Assembly: GCA_964456475.1 (NCBI GenBank)
Contig: CAYVZI010000007.1
Coordinates: 294 to 64,293 of the forward strand
Source of the DNA: an uncultured Candidatus Saccharibacteria bacterium
GTDB taxonomy: Bacteria > Patescibacteriota > Minisyncoccia > Phycocordibacterales > UBA9973
DNA: 64,000 nucleotides
Direction of reading: 5' to 3'
Positions 39,701 through 49,421 of the stretch are shown here, in pieces. The translations under genes were made by a program, and so were the position numbers. Under the pieces are notes generated by a model, which had not been told where the DNA came from, ran no database searches, and saw only the letters and a program-made list of their open reading frames with translations. Positions within the stretch are counted from its first letter, which is position 1, and every line of letters begins with the position of its first letter.

Positions 39701-42700
39701 ACTACAACGACGCTTACTATCGGTTCGACTGGCACACTCACTGCCAATGCTTCTACGATTACACTCACTGGTACGACCGGTACGCTTTTTACAATTACAT
39801 CTGGCGGAGTCTTTACCCAAGGGACATCTGAAGTAGTGGTGACAAGCGCGTCTGGAACTCCGACACTATTGTCGGCGGCAACTACTTTTCATAGACTCAA
39901 GATCAATAGTACCGCTACGGTCATCAATGCAGGTGCGGCCATTACAATGAGTTCTGCTGATTCTGCCAATCGTCTCTACCTAGACTTTGGTGTACTCAAT
40001 GACGGCGGCAATCAAATAGTAGGAACTGCAAACGGAACGCTTGTTATAGATGGTGGTGCGGCGCTGTGTATTGGAGGCACTGCCTCTTCTACAAACGCGA
40101 CGTGTAATTCAGGTGCGACTCCAACTTCGGCAACTGTATTTCCGACGAACTATACAAATGGAAATATCACTATGAATGCTGCTGGTGGAGGTGGTTGGTA
40201 TAGTCCATCATGGGGCTATCGAACAAAGCTTACAATTGATGAATCCAAAGTTGGGTCTTCGGACAGCTCTGATTTTCCAGTTTTGGTTAGTTTGACAGAT
40301 AATCGTTTCAGAACAACCGGAAACGGTGGACATATGGGAAATGCTGGTGCCACGGACATGCTCTTTACTTCAAGTGATGGTACAACCAAGCTTAAACATG
40401 AAGTTGAATATTATGTTGCGTCGACCGGGCAGATAGTTGCCTGGGTCAAAATTCCAACACTTTCGTCTACGATAAATACAGAAATCTACATGTACTACGG
40501 CAATGCTGGTGCTGCCGCTCAAGCCGATGCCGCCAATGTGTGGACGAATGGATTTAAATCGGTGCTTCATGTCTCAGATGGAACAACTCTTTCGGCGACT
40601 GATTCCACAGGTACTTACAATGGAACTGTTTCTGGTACAACAGCTACAACAGGTCAGATTGATGGAGGAATGGCGGTAACATGCGGAAACGAAATTACTT
40701 CTCCTCAGGGTCTCTATACAATGGTAGGTGGAGGAAGTACCTATTCGCTTAGTATGTGGGTGTATCAAACATCTACTGGTAATCGATATATTTGGGATGG
40801 AGATTCTACCAACGGACTTTCTGCGTTTATGAGTATTCAAAGTGGAGTCAACCTTGAATGGGGTAATCGAGATATTGCTTCAGAAGGTATTTTATATCGT
40901 GTGTATACGGGGTTGAGTCTGGGTTCAGGTTCATGGCATCATATACTTGCTCAAAAAACGGGAAGTGGAAACAGTGGTGAGTTGTATGTAAATGGTGCTC
41001 TTAAAACCACGTATACTGGATCAATAGGTGGACTTAGTAATTCTTCAAGCGGTATGTATTGGGGTAATTACCATAATTCTGCAACTAACTGTCTTGATGG
41101 AACTATGGATGAAATGCGCATTTCGAGTACAACTCGTAGCGCGGATTGGGTTACAGCCGAATATAATAACCAAAGCTCTCCATCGACATTTTTCCTCACA
41201 CCAGCAACTGAAGAAGCGGTAGAAACAGATGCTACTGTTTACTACAATGCTGATGCGAATACTACGATTTCGAGCACACCTTCTTACCGCAATCTTGTGA
41301 TTGCTCCGCCAATAACTGGTACTCCAACGTATACCTTTGCTTCTGGTGCAACGACTATAAACGGAAATTTCACTATCAATCCGAGTGGATCAACCGCGCT
41401 CACTGTAAATATGGGTGATGATATTACTGTTGCCTCAACAAAGACGACAACTATCACGAGAACTTCCACTGCAACTTCTACGCTTGCGACCGTTTCAAAT
41501 GGTAATGATCTTTCAAGCGGAATTATTGTAATTGATACTGGTGGTACTCTTACTGCGAGTGGAACGACTTCGACGATAACACTCACAGGAACGAGTGGTA
41601 CTCTTCTCACTAACACAGGTACATTCACAGAAGGTACTTCGACTGTGGCGGTCACGAGTGCAACCGGGCCGGTCGCGTTGGTCTCAGCAGCAGAAACTTT
41701 TCATATCCTCACTATCAACTCCGCCTCGTCCAGTACTGTTGTGAACGCCACTGCCGCTGTTACGATTGCAGACGCAACAGGATCTGCACTCACGGTCACA
41801 TCCGGAGTATTTAATGATTCTGGTTTTGGGATTGCCACATCAGGTTCCACCAACAATACTTTAACTCTTGGTTCGGCGGGTACAATGTGTCTCGGTGGTG
41901 CAGCTGGTGCGAATACGGCAACGACCTGTGATACTAGTGCTACATCTACAACAACTCGTGCGATGCCGAGCTTTGCTTCTTACAGTTTTAATGCGACTTC
42001 AACAGTGGTCTATCTTTCGGATGCAGCAACAACTATCGCCAATGCGCAAACATACGGAAATCTTATTTTCCGACCTCGTTTTGTTGCGACAGCCCGTACA
42101 TATACTCTCGGTGGTGCAATGACAATTAACGGAGACTTTACGATTCAGCCGACAAACTTTGCCGCTCTTCTTACGGTGAATCCAGCGGGTAATATCACGG
42201 TCGCTTCTGGCAAGACAACAACTATCAGTTGTACAACCGCAACTTCAACGCTCGATCTTCGTCCGAGTTCGACTGACTACAATCTTTCCACTGGGCTTCT
42301 TGTTGTAGCAAGTGGTGGAACACTTGATGCGGGAAGTGCAGCTTCTGTCATTACACTTTCGGGAACTTCTGGCACACTCTTTACACGCGCAGGCACGTTT
42401 ACACAAGGAAGTTCAGTAGTAACACTTTCTGGAAACGGTGCAGCTACGATCAATTCGGGAACAATTACTTTTTACGATCTCACTCAAACTGGAACGGGAA
42501 CAAAAACGGTTGGAAGTTCATCTGCTCTTACCATCAACCACGACTTGATAATCTCTGCCGGAGAATTCGCACCAAATCTCCAGTTGGTTACCGCTAGTGG
42601 CACCAACGTTCTTTCAGTTGCTTCAGGTGCAACACTTTATGTAGATACGAGCACGTTTGCGGGAAATTATACTGGTTTTGATACGCGTACTATTTCAGCC

Positions 42701-45700
42701 GGCTCAACAGTGGATTACAAGCTTGCCGGAACACAGACTGTTGACTCCACACTCACGTACTCAAATTTGGTTATTTCCGGAGCTTCAGGCACAAAATCAC
42801 CGGATGGAAATATCACAGCAACACTCACGTTTGTACAATCTGGAGGTAATACATTTGACCTTCTTCCAGGTTCAACCGATTACAACCTCACTACTGGAAA
42901 TCTTACAATCGGCACGGGGTGTACACTCGATGGTGGAAGTTCTTCAGCAATTATCACACTCACAGGAACTTCCGGAACACTCTTTACAAAAACCGGAACA
43001 TTTACCCAAGGCACAACGACTGTTATTGCAACTTCTGCTTCGGGAACGCCGACACTCCTTTCTGCGGCAACCACATTCCATCGTTTGACGATTAACGCGG
43101 CGGCCACCGTAGTTAATGCTGGTGCAGCTATTACCATGAGTTCGACGAGCGCTCTCAATAGACTCTATATTCAAAAAGGTGTATTGAATGATGGCGGAAA
43201 TCAAATTACTGGTACTGCAAACGGGACACTCATTGTTGGTGGAAATGCAGCACTCTGTATTGGAGGTACGGCTACAGGAACGAACGCCACTTGTGATTCT
43301 GGTGCGACGCCGATTTCGGCCACGACATTCCCAACAAATTACACAAATGGAAATATCACGATATACGCATCTGCAATTGCAGGTTCATGGTACAGCAGTT
43401 CATGGGGTTACCGCACAAAAATCACCATTGACGATGCAAAAGTGTCTACGACAAATCATACAGACTTTCCAGTTTTGATTAATAGTACGAATGGAGATTG
43501 GAAATATACAGGCTCGGGAGGGAAAGTGGGCAACTCCGACGGCACAGATATTTTGTTCACATCATCTGATGGTACGACAAAACTCAAACATGAAATCGAG
43601 CGATATATATCCACGACAGGAGAGGTTATTGCTTGGGTAAAAGTTCCAACACTTACTACTTCGGGCGATACTGAACTCTATATGTATTACGGTAATGCTG
43701 GAGTTGGAGCGCAAGCAGATGCGGCAAACGTGTGGGATTCAAACTTCAAAACGGTGCTGCACCTTGGCGATGGTTCGACACTCTCTGCTGCGAGTTCGAC
43801 TGGTATAAATAATGGAACTAAAGTTGGAACTATTTCGGCACTTGAAGGAAAGATTGGTGGTGCGGCTTGTGCGAACGGAACCACACAGTGTAGTGGTACG
43901 GCGAGTACGAGCAATGGTCTTACATTTACTACGTTCTCCTCAACGACTCCGACTCTGACCGCATGGATCAAACTCGACAATGCAAGCGGATACCAAAACG
44001 TGGCGGCTCTCAACCAAACAAACGGAGTTTGGTTGAACGCCGGTAAAATGGACCTGTATACGACAGCCGACCATAATGCGAACACAAGTGTAGGTACAGG
44101 ATCGTGGGTGCATGTGGGTATGACGTATGATGGAACAACGATTCGTTACTATTACAACGGAGCTACTGATGGTACTGGCTCTGTTGCATCGTTTAACTAT
44201 CAAATCAACGGTATGTTTAAAGATGCGACTGGTACAGCTGAAACATTAAAGGGATCAATGGACGAAATTCGATTTTCAAATACCGTTCGTTCTGCCGGAT
44301 GGATTCAAACTGAATACAACACAATGAACTCACCATCGACATTCTATTCCCTTGGAGTAGAGGAAGTATATGGTGCGTCATCTGCAATTGTGTATTACAA
44401 CGCAGATGCGAATACAACGGTTTCGGCTACACCAACATATGCTGATTTGCGACTTCGACCCGTACTTACTGGAGACAAGACCTATACGGTTTCTAGTGCG
44501 CTTACAGTAAACGGTGATCTCAGTATCAACCCGAGTGGTAGTGCAAATACACTCACTGTGAATGCAGGTGGGCACATCACGCTTACGTATGGAACGACAA
44601 CCATTACAAGACAGGGAAGTAATGCGCTTTCTTCGCTTGATCTTCGTCCAAGTTCGACCGACTATAATCTTTCATCACAGTATCTGACTATCGCCACTGG
44701 CGGAACCCTCGATGCCACGAGTGCCGCTTCGACAATCACACTTACTGGAACATCAGGAACTCTTATTACATTTGGAGGAACTTTTAATGTCGGTACGTCA
44801 ACGGTTCTTATTTCTGGAAATGGTACGGCAACACTCAACTCTGGTGTGGGAAATTTCTATCACCTTACGCAGAATGCAACTGGCACAAAATCGCTTGGCG
44901 CTAATATTACGATCGATCCAGCGGCGACACTCACTATCACGCTCGGAACACTTGATACCACAGGTTCAAACTACATAATCTCTGCTGGCCATATTGATAT
45001 TGCAAACTCGGCAAGCGCAGTACTTACGGCAAATGCTTCCGCAGTTGGACTTACCGGAACATCCGGAACCCTGCTTACTCGTGGAAGCTCGGGTGTATTT
45101 ACCGCAGGAACTTCAATTGTTACTGCCTCGGGGAATGGTACGGCGACATTCAATTCGGGTACATTCACTGGTAGTAATGCGTTCAATGATCTCATTTCAA
45201 GCGGTACAGGCACAAAAACATTGGGAGCTGCTATAGATATTGGAGGCACGTTCGGTGTCACTGGAGGTACTTTTGCACTTAGCTCACACAATATAGGAGT
45301 TACTGGAGTTACAATCGGTGCCTCCGGTACTATCGATGGTGGAAGTGCAACGATTACAAACTCTGGAGGTTGGACAAATAGCGGAACTTATACATCGAGC
45401 ACCAGTACTGTTCTGTTTAATACTGCAAGTACGATTACTATTTCCGGAACAACAAGTTTCAATAATCTCACCATTACACACACTGCTGCAAAAGTGGTTA
45501 ACTTTGCGGCTTCTGGTGGTACTCCGACCTATACTGTAACTGGTGCCTTTACTGTGACAGGACATGCTGCTGCGCTCATCAAGCTTTGGTCGGCTTCTAG
45601 CGGAACAAAATGGGATTTGTTGCCGAGTGGTACGGCATCTGTTGATTATGTAGACGTTATGGACGGAGGCTGTCATTCTGGAGCAATTAATATTAATCCA

Positions 45701-46201
45701 ACAAATGCGACAAATAGTGGTAACAACGATTCATGTTGGGGATTTAACGTTGCTCCAACGATTACATTTTCAATTAATTCAAATTCCGTTCCACTCGGAA
45801 CACTTACTTCAGTTGGTACAGGATCAGGTTCACATACAATTAGTATGTCAACGAATACCGGCGCATTGCTCCTTAGTTATATTGGTGCAACACTGACGAG
45901 CGGAGCGAATACTATACCCGCATACCCCTCACTCTCTGCGTCGGTTGCTGGAACTGCTGGATTTGGAATAAATGCGGTTGATACGGCAATAAGCAATGCT
46001 TCCGGCACTTGTTCCGCAGCCATTGACTATGCGACGGCAAGCGCCTACACGTTCGTAACAGGAACTACAACTCCGTTTGTTACTTCTTCTTCTCCTGCTG
46101 ACTGTACAATCACTGCTACATATAAGGCAAACATCAGTACAGTTACTGCGGCCGGTTCGTATTCAACGGGTCTGACATATATCGTGACAGGCACATTTTA
46201 G
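36794..46201 (+). CDS. Giant surface protein/adhesin (beta-helix repeats, 2x DUF2341+LamG, WxL-like C-terminal domain)
   Basis: N-terminal TM; T/S/G-rich repeats; WGYRTK..DFPVL..WVKIP..YMYYGN twice; ATG 36794 preferred (TATAAT at 36781). Confidence 0.85.
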   Translation: MVNKKSLPSSRSFFPKQSNVLNLKKKSPIIEIHIPVLKDFYFEHKNTILKFVSFVVCLSILTSFFRVNASTAVFYPENCLGGWQHTKNAQGKPSLEEDAPAEKFTIQNSAVLGNSSAQIFCGAFVGEIPEDTMPKKFLLSLRWSVDDGSVVHQNETDIGSPFGSAEKVPSSIPESNAENTVSEHTTVPTTDTVPPEDASVITITPSESQDASSTSEPTPTTDGDQSFLDYFSPTKVHAEDTQSDSASIQTEQPAVLENTTSTPLQETNIVSNDTPVDSSTTVETESQSEEIQNNTSLEVLSTPEDDGAFAKVSYTLDGVAWNTLGKVSVANWKQSTFDIPLGTWTDISKLQVSIDTIVSYDKQPVVYLDAMEISVEYEEGKIFQKPTVTIKNGDAQVLEGDTDFSSGEAPMFAVVDPNLSRRELADLVKDKKAEVVQDSDKVLSPEPEKQEIVQTETSNSNTLLDGIKNVFSRDVENDTPKENNTDTQTSQPDPVVDTIPASESTREGEQTAPVEVIEGAPTEEAVTAPENPPAETPTPSDPVVAISQFFKKTTVSKIASRPRTSLPKRTENENTHLSLFAPLVAYAEDISARTPKITNARVLDYNGNPTTIKTKVQTVTIDGESRDGVSIEKQERHFRAGRYTLEVTVETATAIIISQQDFTWGVLAVNVDKSVYSAGDTAFLQMGVLDDKGNTLCDAPLELSIKSPSGAVQHFRTTDDTILQSKKCARNNVVEVADYYAHYPIPGEPGTYIIRLTAHTDNGTRTIRDVFVVGSPDFDVSRAAPTRIYPFSKYDYPMTIRITPKHDWSGTVVETIPAGFVMSQPKSSQKYDTLKSTDELTTLTWDVDLKAGEETVLGYLFKGPEVSPEFFLVGPLEFFDKGADPITAIPAFKESRSWQIADDATCTAAANGPWNTSGTWSCGNVPTSSDSVVINAGVTVTMDVNSASVLGVTINGTLDTITSGTSYSLTTTTLTIGSTGTLTANASTITLTGTTGTLFTITSGGVFTQGTSEVVVTSASGTPTLLSAATTFHRLKINSTATVINAGAAITMSSADSANRLYLDFGVLNDGGNQIVGTANGTLVIDGGAALCIGGTASSTNATCNSGATPTSATVFPTNYTNGNITMNAAGGGGWYSPSWGYRTKLTIDESKVGSSDSSDFPVLVSLTDNRFRTTGNGGHMGNAGATDMLFTSSDGTTKLKHEVEYYVASTGQIVAWVKIPTLSSTINTEIYMYYGNAGAAAQADAANVWTNGFKSVLHVSDGTTLSATDSTGTYNGTVSGTTATTGQIDGGMAVTCGNEITSPQGLYTMVGGGSTYSLSMWVYQTSTGNRYIWDGDSTNGLSAFMSIQSGVNLEWGNRDIASEGILYRVYTGLSLGSGSWHHILAQKTGSGNSGELYVNGALKTTYTGSIGGLSNSSSGMYWGNYHNSATNCLDGTMDEMRISSTTRSADWVTAEYNNQSSPSTFFLTPATEEAVETDATVYYNADANTTISSTPSYRNLVIAPPITGTPTYTFASGATTINGNFTINPSGSTALTVNMGDDITVASTKTTTITRTSTATSTLATVSNGNDLSSGIIVIDTGGTLTASGTTSTITLTGTSGTLLTNTGTFTEGTSTVAVTSATGPVALVSAAETFHILTINSASSSTVVNATAAVTIADATGSALTVTSGVFNDSGFGIATSGSTNNTLTLGSAGTMCLGGAAGANTATTCDTSATSTTTRAMPSFASYSFNATSTVVYLSDAATTIANAQTYGNLIFRPRFVATARTYTLGGAMTINGDFTIQPTNFAALLTVNPAGNITVASGKTTTISCTTATSTLDLRPSSTDYNLSTGLLVVASGGTLDAGSAASVITLSGTSGTLFTRAGTFTQGSSVVTLSGNGAATINSGTITFYDLTQTGTGTKTVGSSSALTINHDLIISAGEFAPNLQLVTASGTNVLSVASGATLYVDTSTFAGNYTGFDTRTISAGSTVDYKLAGTQTVDSTLTYSNLVISGASGTKSPDGNITATLTFVQSGGNTFDLLPGSTDYNLTTGNLTIGTGCTLDGGSSSAIITLTGTSGTLFTKTGTFTQGTTTVIATSASGTPTLLSAATTFHRLTINAAATVVNAGAAITMSSTSALNRLYIQKGVLNDGGNQITGTANGTLIVGGNAALCIGGTATGTNATCDSGATPISATTFPTNYTNGNITIYASAIAGSWYSSSWGYRTKITIDDAKVSTTNHTDFPVLINSTNGDWKYTGSGGKVGNSDGTDILFTSSDGTTKLKHEIERYISTTGEVIAWVKVPTLTTSGDTELYMYYGNAGVGAQADAANVWDSNFKTVLHLGDGSTLSAASSTGINNGTKVGTISALEGKIGGAACANGTTQCSGTASTSNGLTFTTFSSTTPTLTAWIKLDNASGYQNVAALNQTNGVWLNAGKMDLYTTADHNANTSVGTGSWVHVGMTYDGTTIRYYYNGATDGTGSVASFNYQINGMFKDATGTAETLKGSMDEIRFSNTVRSAGWIQTEYNTMNSPSTFYSLGVEEVYGASSAIVYYNADANTTVSATPTYADLRLRPVLTGDKTYTVSSALTVNGDLSINPSGSANTLTVNAGGHITLTYGTTTITRQGSNALSSLDLRPSSTDYNLSSQYLTIATGGTLDATSAASTITLTGTSGTLITFGGTFNVGTSTVLISGNGTATLNSGVGNFYHLTQNATGTKSLGANITIDPAATLTITLGTLDTTGSNYIISAGHIDIANSASAVLTANASAVGLTGTSGTLLTRGSSGVFTAGTSIVTASGNGTATFNSGTFTGSNAFNDLISSGTGTKTLGAAIDIGGTFGVTGGTFALSSHNIGVTGVTIGASGTIDGGSATITNSGGWTNSGTYTSSTSTVLFNTASTITISGTTSFNNLTITHTAAKVVNFAASGGTPTYTVTGAFTVTGHAAALIKLWSASSGTKWDLLPSGTASVDYVDVMDGGCHSGAININPTNATNSGNNDSCWGFNVAPTITFSINSNSVPLGTLTSVGTGSGSHTISMSTNTGALLLSYIGATLTSGANTIPAYPSLSASVAGTAGFGINAVDTAISNASGTCSAAIDYATASAYTFVTGTTTPFVTSSSPADCTITATYKANISTVTAAGSYSTGLTYIVTGTF

Positions 46202-46261
46202 GTTGGTATTTATACACAAATTTAATTGCGTATCTATTTTTAGACATGTTATAATAATGAT

Positions 46262-47398
46262 ATGTTACAAACATTCTCTCAAAAGTATGCGAGTAGTTTT
46301 AAAAAAATAGCTCATGTTTTGACCAACACTGTCCTTATTATCACTCTCTCGGTTGGTATGCTTGTTCCAGCCCTCACTAACGCTGCTACACTTACATCTG
46401 CAGCAGACACAATGAGCAATGAGAAAGTCAGTGCAAACTCCGATCACACATTTACTTGGACTTCTGTTGCTGCTTATGCCGCAAACGACACTATTACGAT
46501 TACATCGTCTACTGCCAACAACTATACTTCAGCCGGCTCTTGGGTGGTCGGAGACTTTCAGCTTACAATGACTGGCGGTACAAACGGCACTTCGGCAACA
46601 AACCCAGTTGCGGTAGCTTCCTCAGGACCATCATGTTCAGCTGGTGCGGGTAATTACACAGTTACTTATACGAACTCAACCAGTCCATCATTTGTTATTA
46701 CGCTTTGTAGCTCTTTTGGAACAACAAGTACAACGAGTGCTGTCACATTTAAGATCAAAGGTGCAACGGGTACAGGAACTCTTACCAACAAATCAAGTGC
46801 CGTTGCCTCAACTCTTTGGACTATCACAAACGGAGTAGGAAACACTGACAGTACAACAGTTGCAGGTGTAATTATCACCGATAACGTTGTTGTCGTTTCT
46901 GCTACTGTAAATCCAACTCTTACTTTCTCACTCGGTGCAACAACAGTTAGTCTCGGAACTCTTACTACTGGTACCACCGGTACAGGTCAACATACTCTAC
47001 TTGCAGCTACAAACGGTTCGGGTGGTCTTGCTATAACATATAGTGGAACCACACTTACTGCTACAGGAGGCACAATTGCTGCGTATGGAGCCTCAGCTGT
47101 AGTTCCTGCAGTTGGTACGGCGGGTTACGGTATTAATCTTAAAGCAAACACCAGTCCTTCGGTGGCGAGTTCAGATAACCCTATAACAAACGCTGGTGCT
47201 ACCTGTACTGCTGCAACTCCCTACAACTCTGTAAATGAGTTTGCCTTTGTTGGAGGAAGCACTATTACATCTCTAGCTTCAGCTGGTGGTGCCGCAGACT
47301 GCACCTTTCGTGTATCTTACATTGCGAATATTTCAAGTGTTACTCCATCCGGATCATATTCTTCTTCGATTAGCTACATCGCTACCGGAACATTTTAA
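46262..47398 (+). CDS. Secreted protein sharing the adhesin's C-terminal domain (WxL/pilin-like)
   Basis: Signal peptide; ends GSYSSSISYIATGTF versus adhesin GSYSTGLTYIVTGTF. Confidence 0.8.
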   Translation: MLQTFSQKYASSFKKIAHVLTNTVLIITLSVGMLVPALTNAATLTSAADTMSNEKVSANSDHTFTWTSVAAYAANDTITITSSTANNYTSAGSWVVGDFQLTMTGGTNGTSATNPVAVASSGPSCSAGAGNYTVTYTNSTSPSFVITLCSSFGTTSTTSAVTFKIKGATGTGTLTNKSSAVASTLWTITNGVGNTDSTTVAGVIITDNVVVVSATVNPTLTFSLGATTVSLGTLTTGTTGTGQHTLLAATNGSGGLAITYSGTTLTATGGTIAAYGASAVVPAVGTAGYGINLKANTSPSVASSDNPITNAGATCTAATPYNSVNEFAFVGGSTITSLASAGGAADCTFRVSYIANISSVTPSGSYSSSISYIATGTF

Positions 47399-47404
47399 TT
47401 ATTT

Positions 47405-48448
47405 ATGATCAGTAACCTCAAAAAATTTCTTCCTCGATTCTTACCTATTTTTCTTTTCGTTATTACTGTTTTTTTTGCTCTATCAGCACCGAATGCATTT
47501 GCTTTGACCATCACACCTATTCGTTTTGAGCTTAAGGCTAATCCGGGTCAAACGATCAAACAAGAAATTACACTTTTCAACGAACACGAAACTGAAGAAA
47601 TTTTGTATGTTTCGTATGCCAATTTTGAGGCATCGGGAGATAGTGGAAATCCTACCTTTGTTGAACCCAAGGATGGTCTTGGTACTTGGATGAATGCAGC
47701 CGAGAAGGTGACTATCGCTCCAAAATCATCACAAATTGTACCACTCGTTATTACTCTCCCACACGATGCAACACCAGGTGGTCATTTTGCGGTGGCTTTC
47801 TGGGGTACCGTTCCACCAAAGAGTACGAGTAATCAGGTATCTATTGGTTCAAAGACAGGAGTTCTCGTGCTCCTTTCGGTTTCTGGAGCTGTAAGCGAAG
47901 ATGGTGGAATTATCGAATTTGATACAAAGGACAAAAAGAACTTTTACACTTCGCTTCCAGTTAGTTTTTTTTACAAATTTCAAAACAATGGAGGAGATCG
48001 GGTAAAGCCTACAGGAAATATCATAATCAAAAATATGATTGGTATTACAGCGTCAAAAGTTCAAGGAAATCCTGTTGATGGAAATGTGCTTCCAAACAGT
48101 ACTCGAAAAATTGAAACAGTATGGCAAGGCAAGGACGGTGATACTCCTATCGATGATGTTGATCAAGGTAATTTTTTTACCAAAGCAGGTCGTGAGTGGC
48201 GTAATTTTGCATTCGGTTATTACAAAGCCAATCTTTCGCTTTCATACGGTACAAAAAATCAGGTAACAATGGCAAGTGTTGGAATTTGGGTTTTTCCGTG
48301 GCATCTCCTGATACTTATACTCATTGTTGGATGTATTGCATACATCGCACTTCGAAAGGGTATTAGTCACTACAACAACTGGGTTATTTCACGAGCTGAA
48401 GACATGCTACGACGGGAACATGTTCGTCGTAGTAAAAAACAACAGTAA
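47405..48448 (+). CDS. DUF916/WxLIP-like Ig protein with C-terminal TM
   Basis: ITPIRFEL..PGQT, DATPGGHF, FQNNG, VLPNSTR, VFPW plus TM. Confidence 0.7.
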   Translation: MISNLKKFLPRFLPIFLFVITVFFALSAPNAFALTITPIRFELKANPGQTIKQEITLFNEHETEEILYVSYANFEASGDSGNPTFVEPKDGLGTWMNAAEKVTIAPKSSQIVPLVITLPHDATPGGHFAVAFWGTVPPKSTSNQVSIGSKTGVLVLLSVSGAVSEDGGIIEFDTKDKKNFYTSLPVSFFYKFQNNGGDRVKPTGNIIIKNMIGITASKVQGNPVDGNVLPNSTRKIETVWQGKDGDTPIDDVDQGNFFTKAGREWRNFAFGYYKANLSLSYGTKNQVTMASVGIWVFPWHLLILILIVGCIAYIALRKGISHYNNWVISRAEDMLRREHVRRSKKQQ

Positions 48449-48453
48449 TCGCC

Positions 48454-49377
48454 ATGCGTACCTCTCTTCTTATACTACTCTCTATTTTGGGATGTGTTTT
48501 TATTGTAAAGACGTCTTTTGCTGTTGAAGTTAGTTCTGGAGGAAGTGCGACTGTGACAGCTTGCGTCGGTAGTAGCTGTGATGGAGGTGGAGGCGGCGGG
48601 GGTGGTGGAGGCGGCGGGGGTGGAGGAGGCGGTGGCGGCGGGGGGTATGGAACACCGACGAGCATTAGTTTTTCTGGTAGAGCGTACCCGCTCTCACGAG
48701 TGGTAATTCTTAAAGACGGTCAAGAGGTACTGAATACAATTTCGGGACCCGATGCGCGATTTTCACTCTCTATTTCAAATTTGACTGCCGGGATGTCTAC
48801 GTTTTCAATTCTCTCGGAAGATAAGACTGGACGTCGTTCGACGTTGTTTACGATTCCTATTTCAATTACGGCTGGGACATCGTCAGTTATTTCCGGAGTT
48901 TTTCTTTCGCCCACAATTGACGTCGATAAAAGAACAGTAAGAAAGGGTGATCCTATTACAATTTTTGGCGTCACGGCTCCTGGTTCTGAAGTGACTATCA
49001 CGGTCAATTCGCTTACTCCACATTTGTTGAGCACGATGTCTGACGAAGATGGTGCATATTTTTATACGTTCAATACGGCACCACTTGAATATGGGCGACA
49101 TAGTACTCGATCAAAAGCCGAAATCACTTCCACAAACGAAGTCACATCGTATGGTTCTGTTGTGTCGTTTGATGTGGGCTCTGTCACAACCCTAAAGAAT
49201 GGCTGTGATACGCTCAAAGGTGATTTTAGCACTGACTGTCGTGTGAACTTAATTGATTTTTCAATTATTTCGTATTGGTATAAGCGTGTTGGCTTTTCGT
49301 CAAAAATTGACCTGAACGGTGATGGTAAGATTACTTTTGTTGACTTCTCAATCATGGCGTACTATTGGACAGGCTAA
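48454..49377 (+). CDS. Secreted poly-Gly / Ig / dockerin-like protein
   Basis: 21 Gly (48583-48645); GDFSTDCRVNLIDFSI and DLNGDGKITFVDFSI duplicated EF-hand-like repeats. Confidence 0.8.
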   Translation: MRTSLLILLSILGCVFIVKTSFAVEVSSGGSATVTACVGSSCDGGGGGGGGGGGGGGGGGGGGGYGTPTSISFSGRAYPLSRVVILKDGQEVLNTISGPDARFSLSISNLTAGMSTFSILSEDKTGRRSTLFTIPISITAGTSSVISGVFLSPTIDVDKRTVRKGDPITIFGVTAPGSEVTITVNSLTPHLLSTMSDEDGAYFYTFNTAPLEYGRHSTRSKAEITSTNEVTSYGSVVSFDVGSVTTLKNGCDTLKGDFSTDCRVNLIDFSIISYWYKRVGFSSKIDLNGDGKITFVDFSIMAYYWTG

Positions 49378-49421
49378 CTGACTAGTAAGTAGAAAATAGA
49401 TAGTAGAAAGTAGAGAATACA

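Noticed and set aside
48384-48665. Poly-proline ORF on the minus strand
   Set aside because: Reverse complement of the poly-Gly codons
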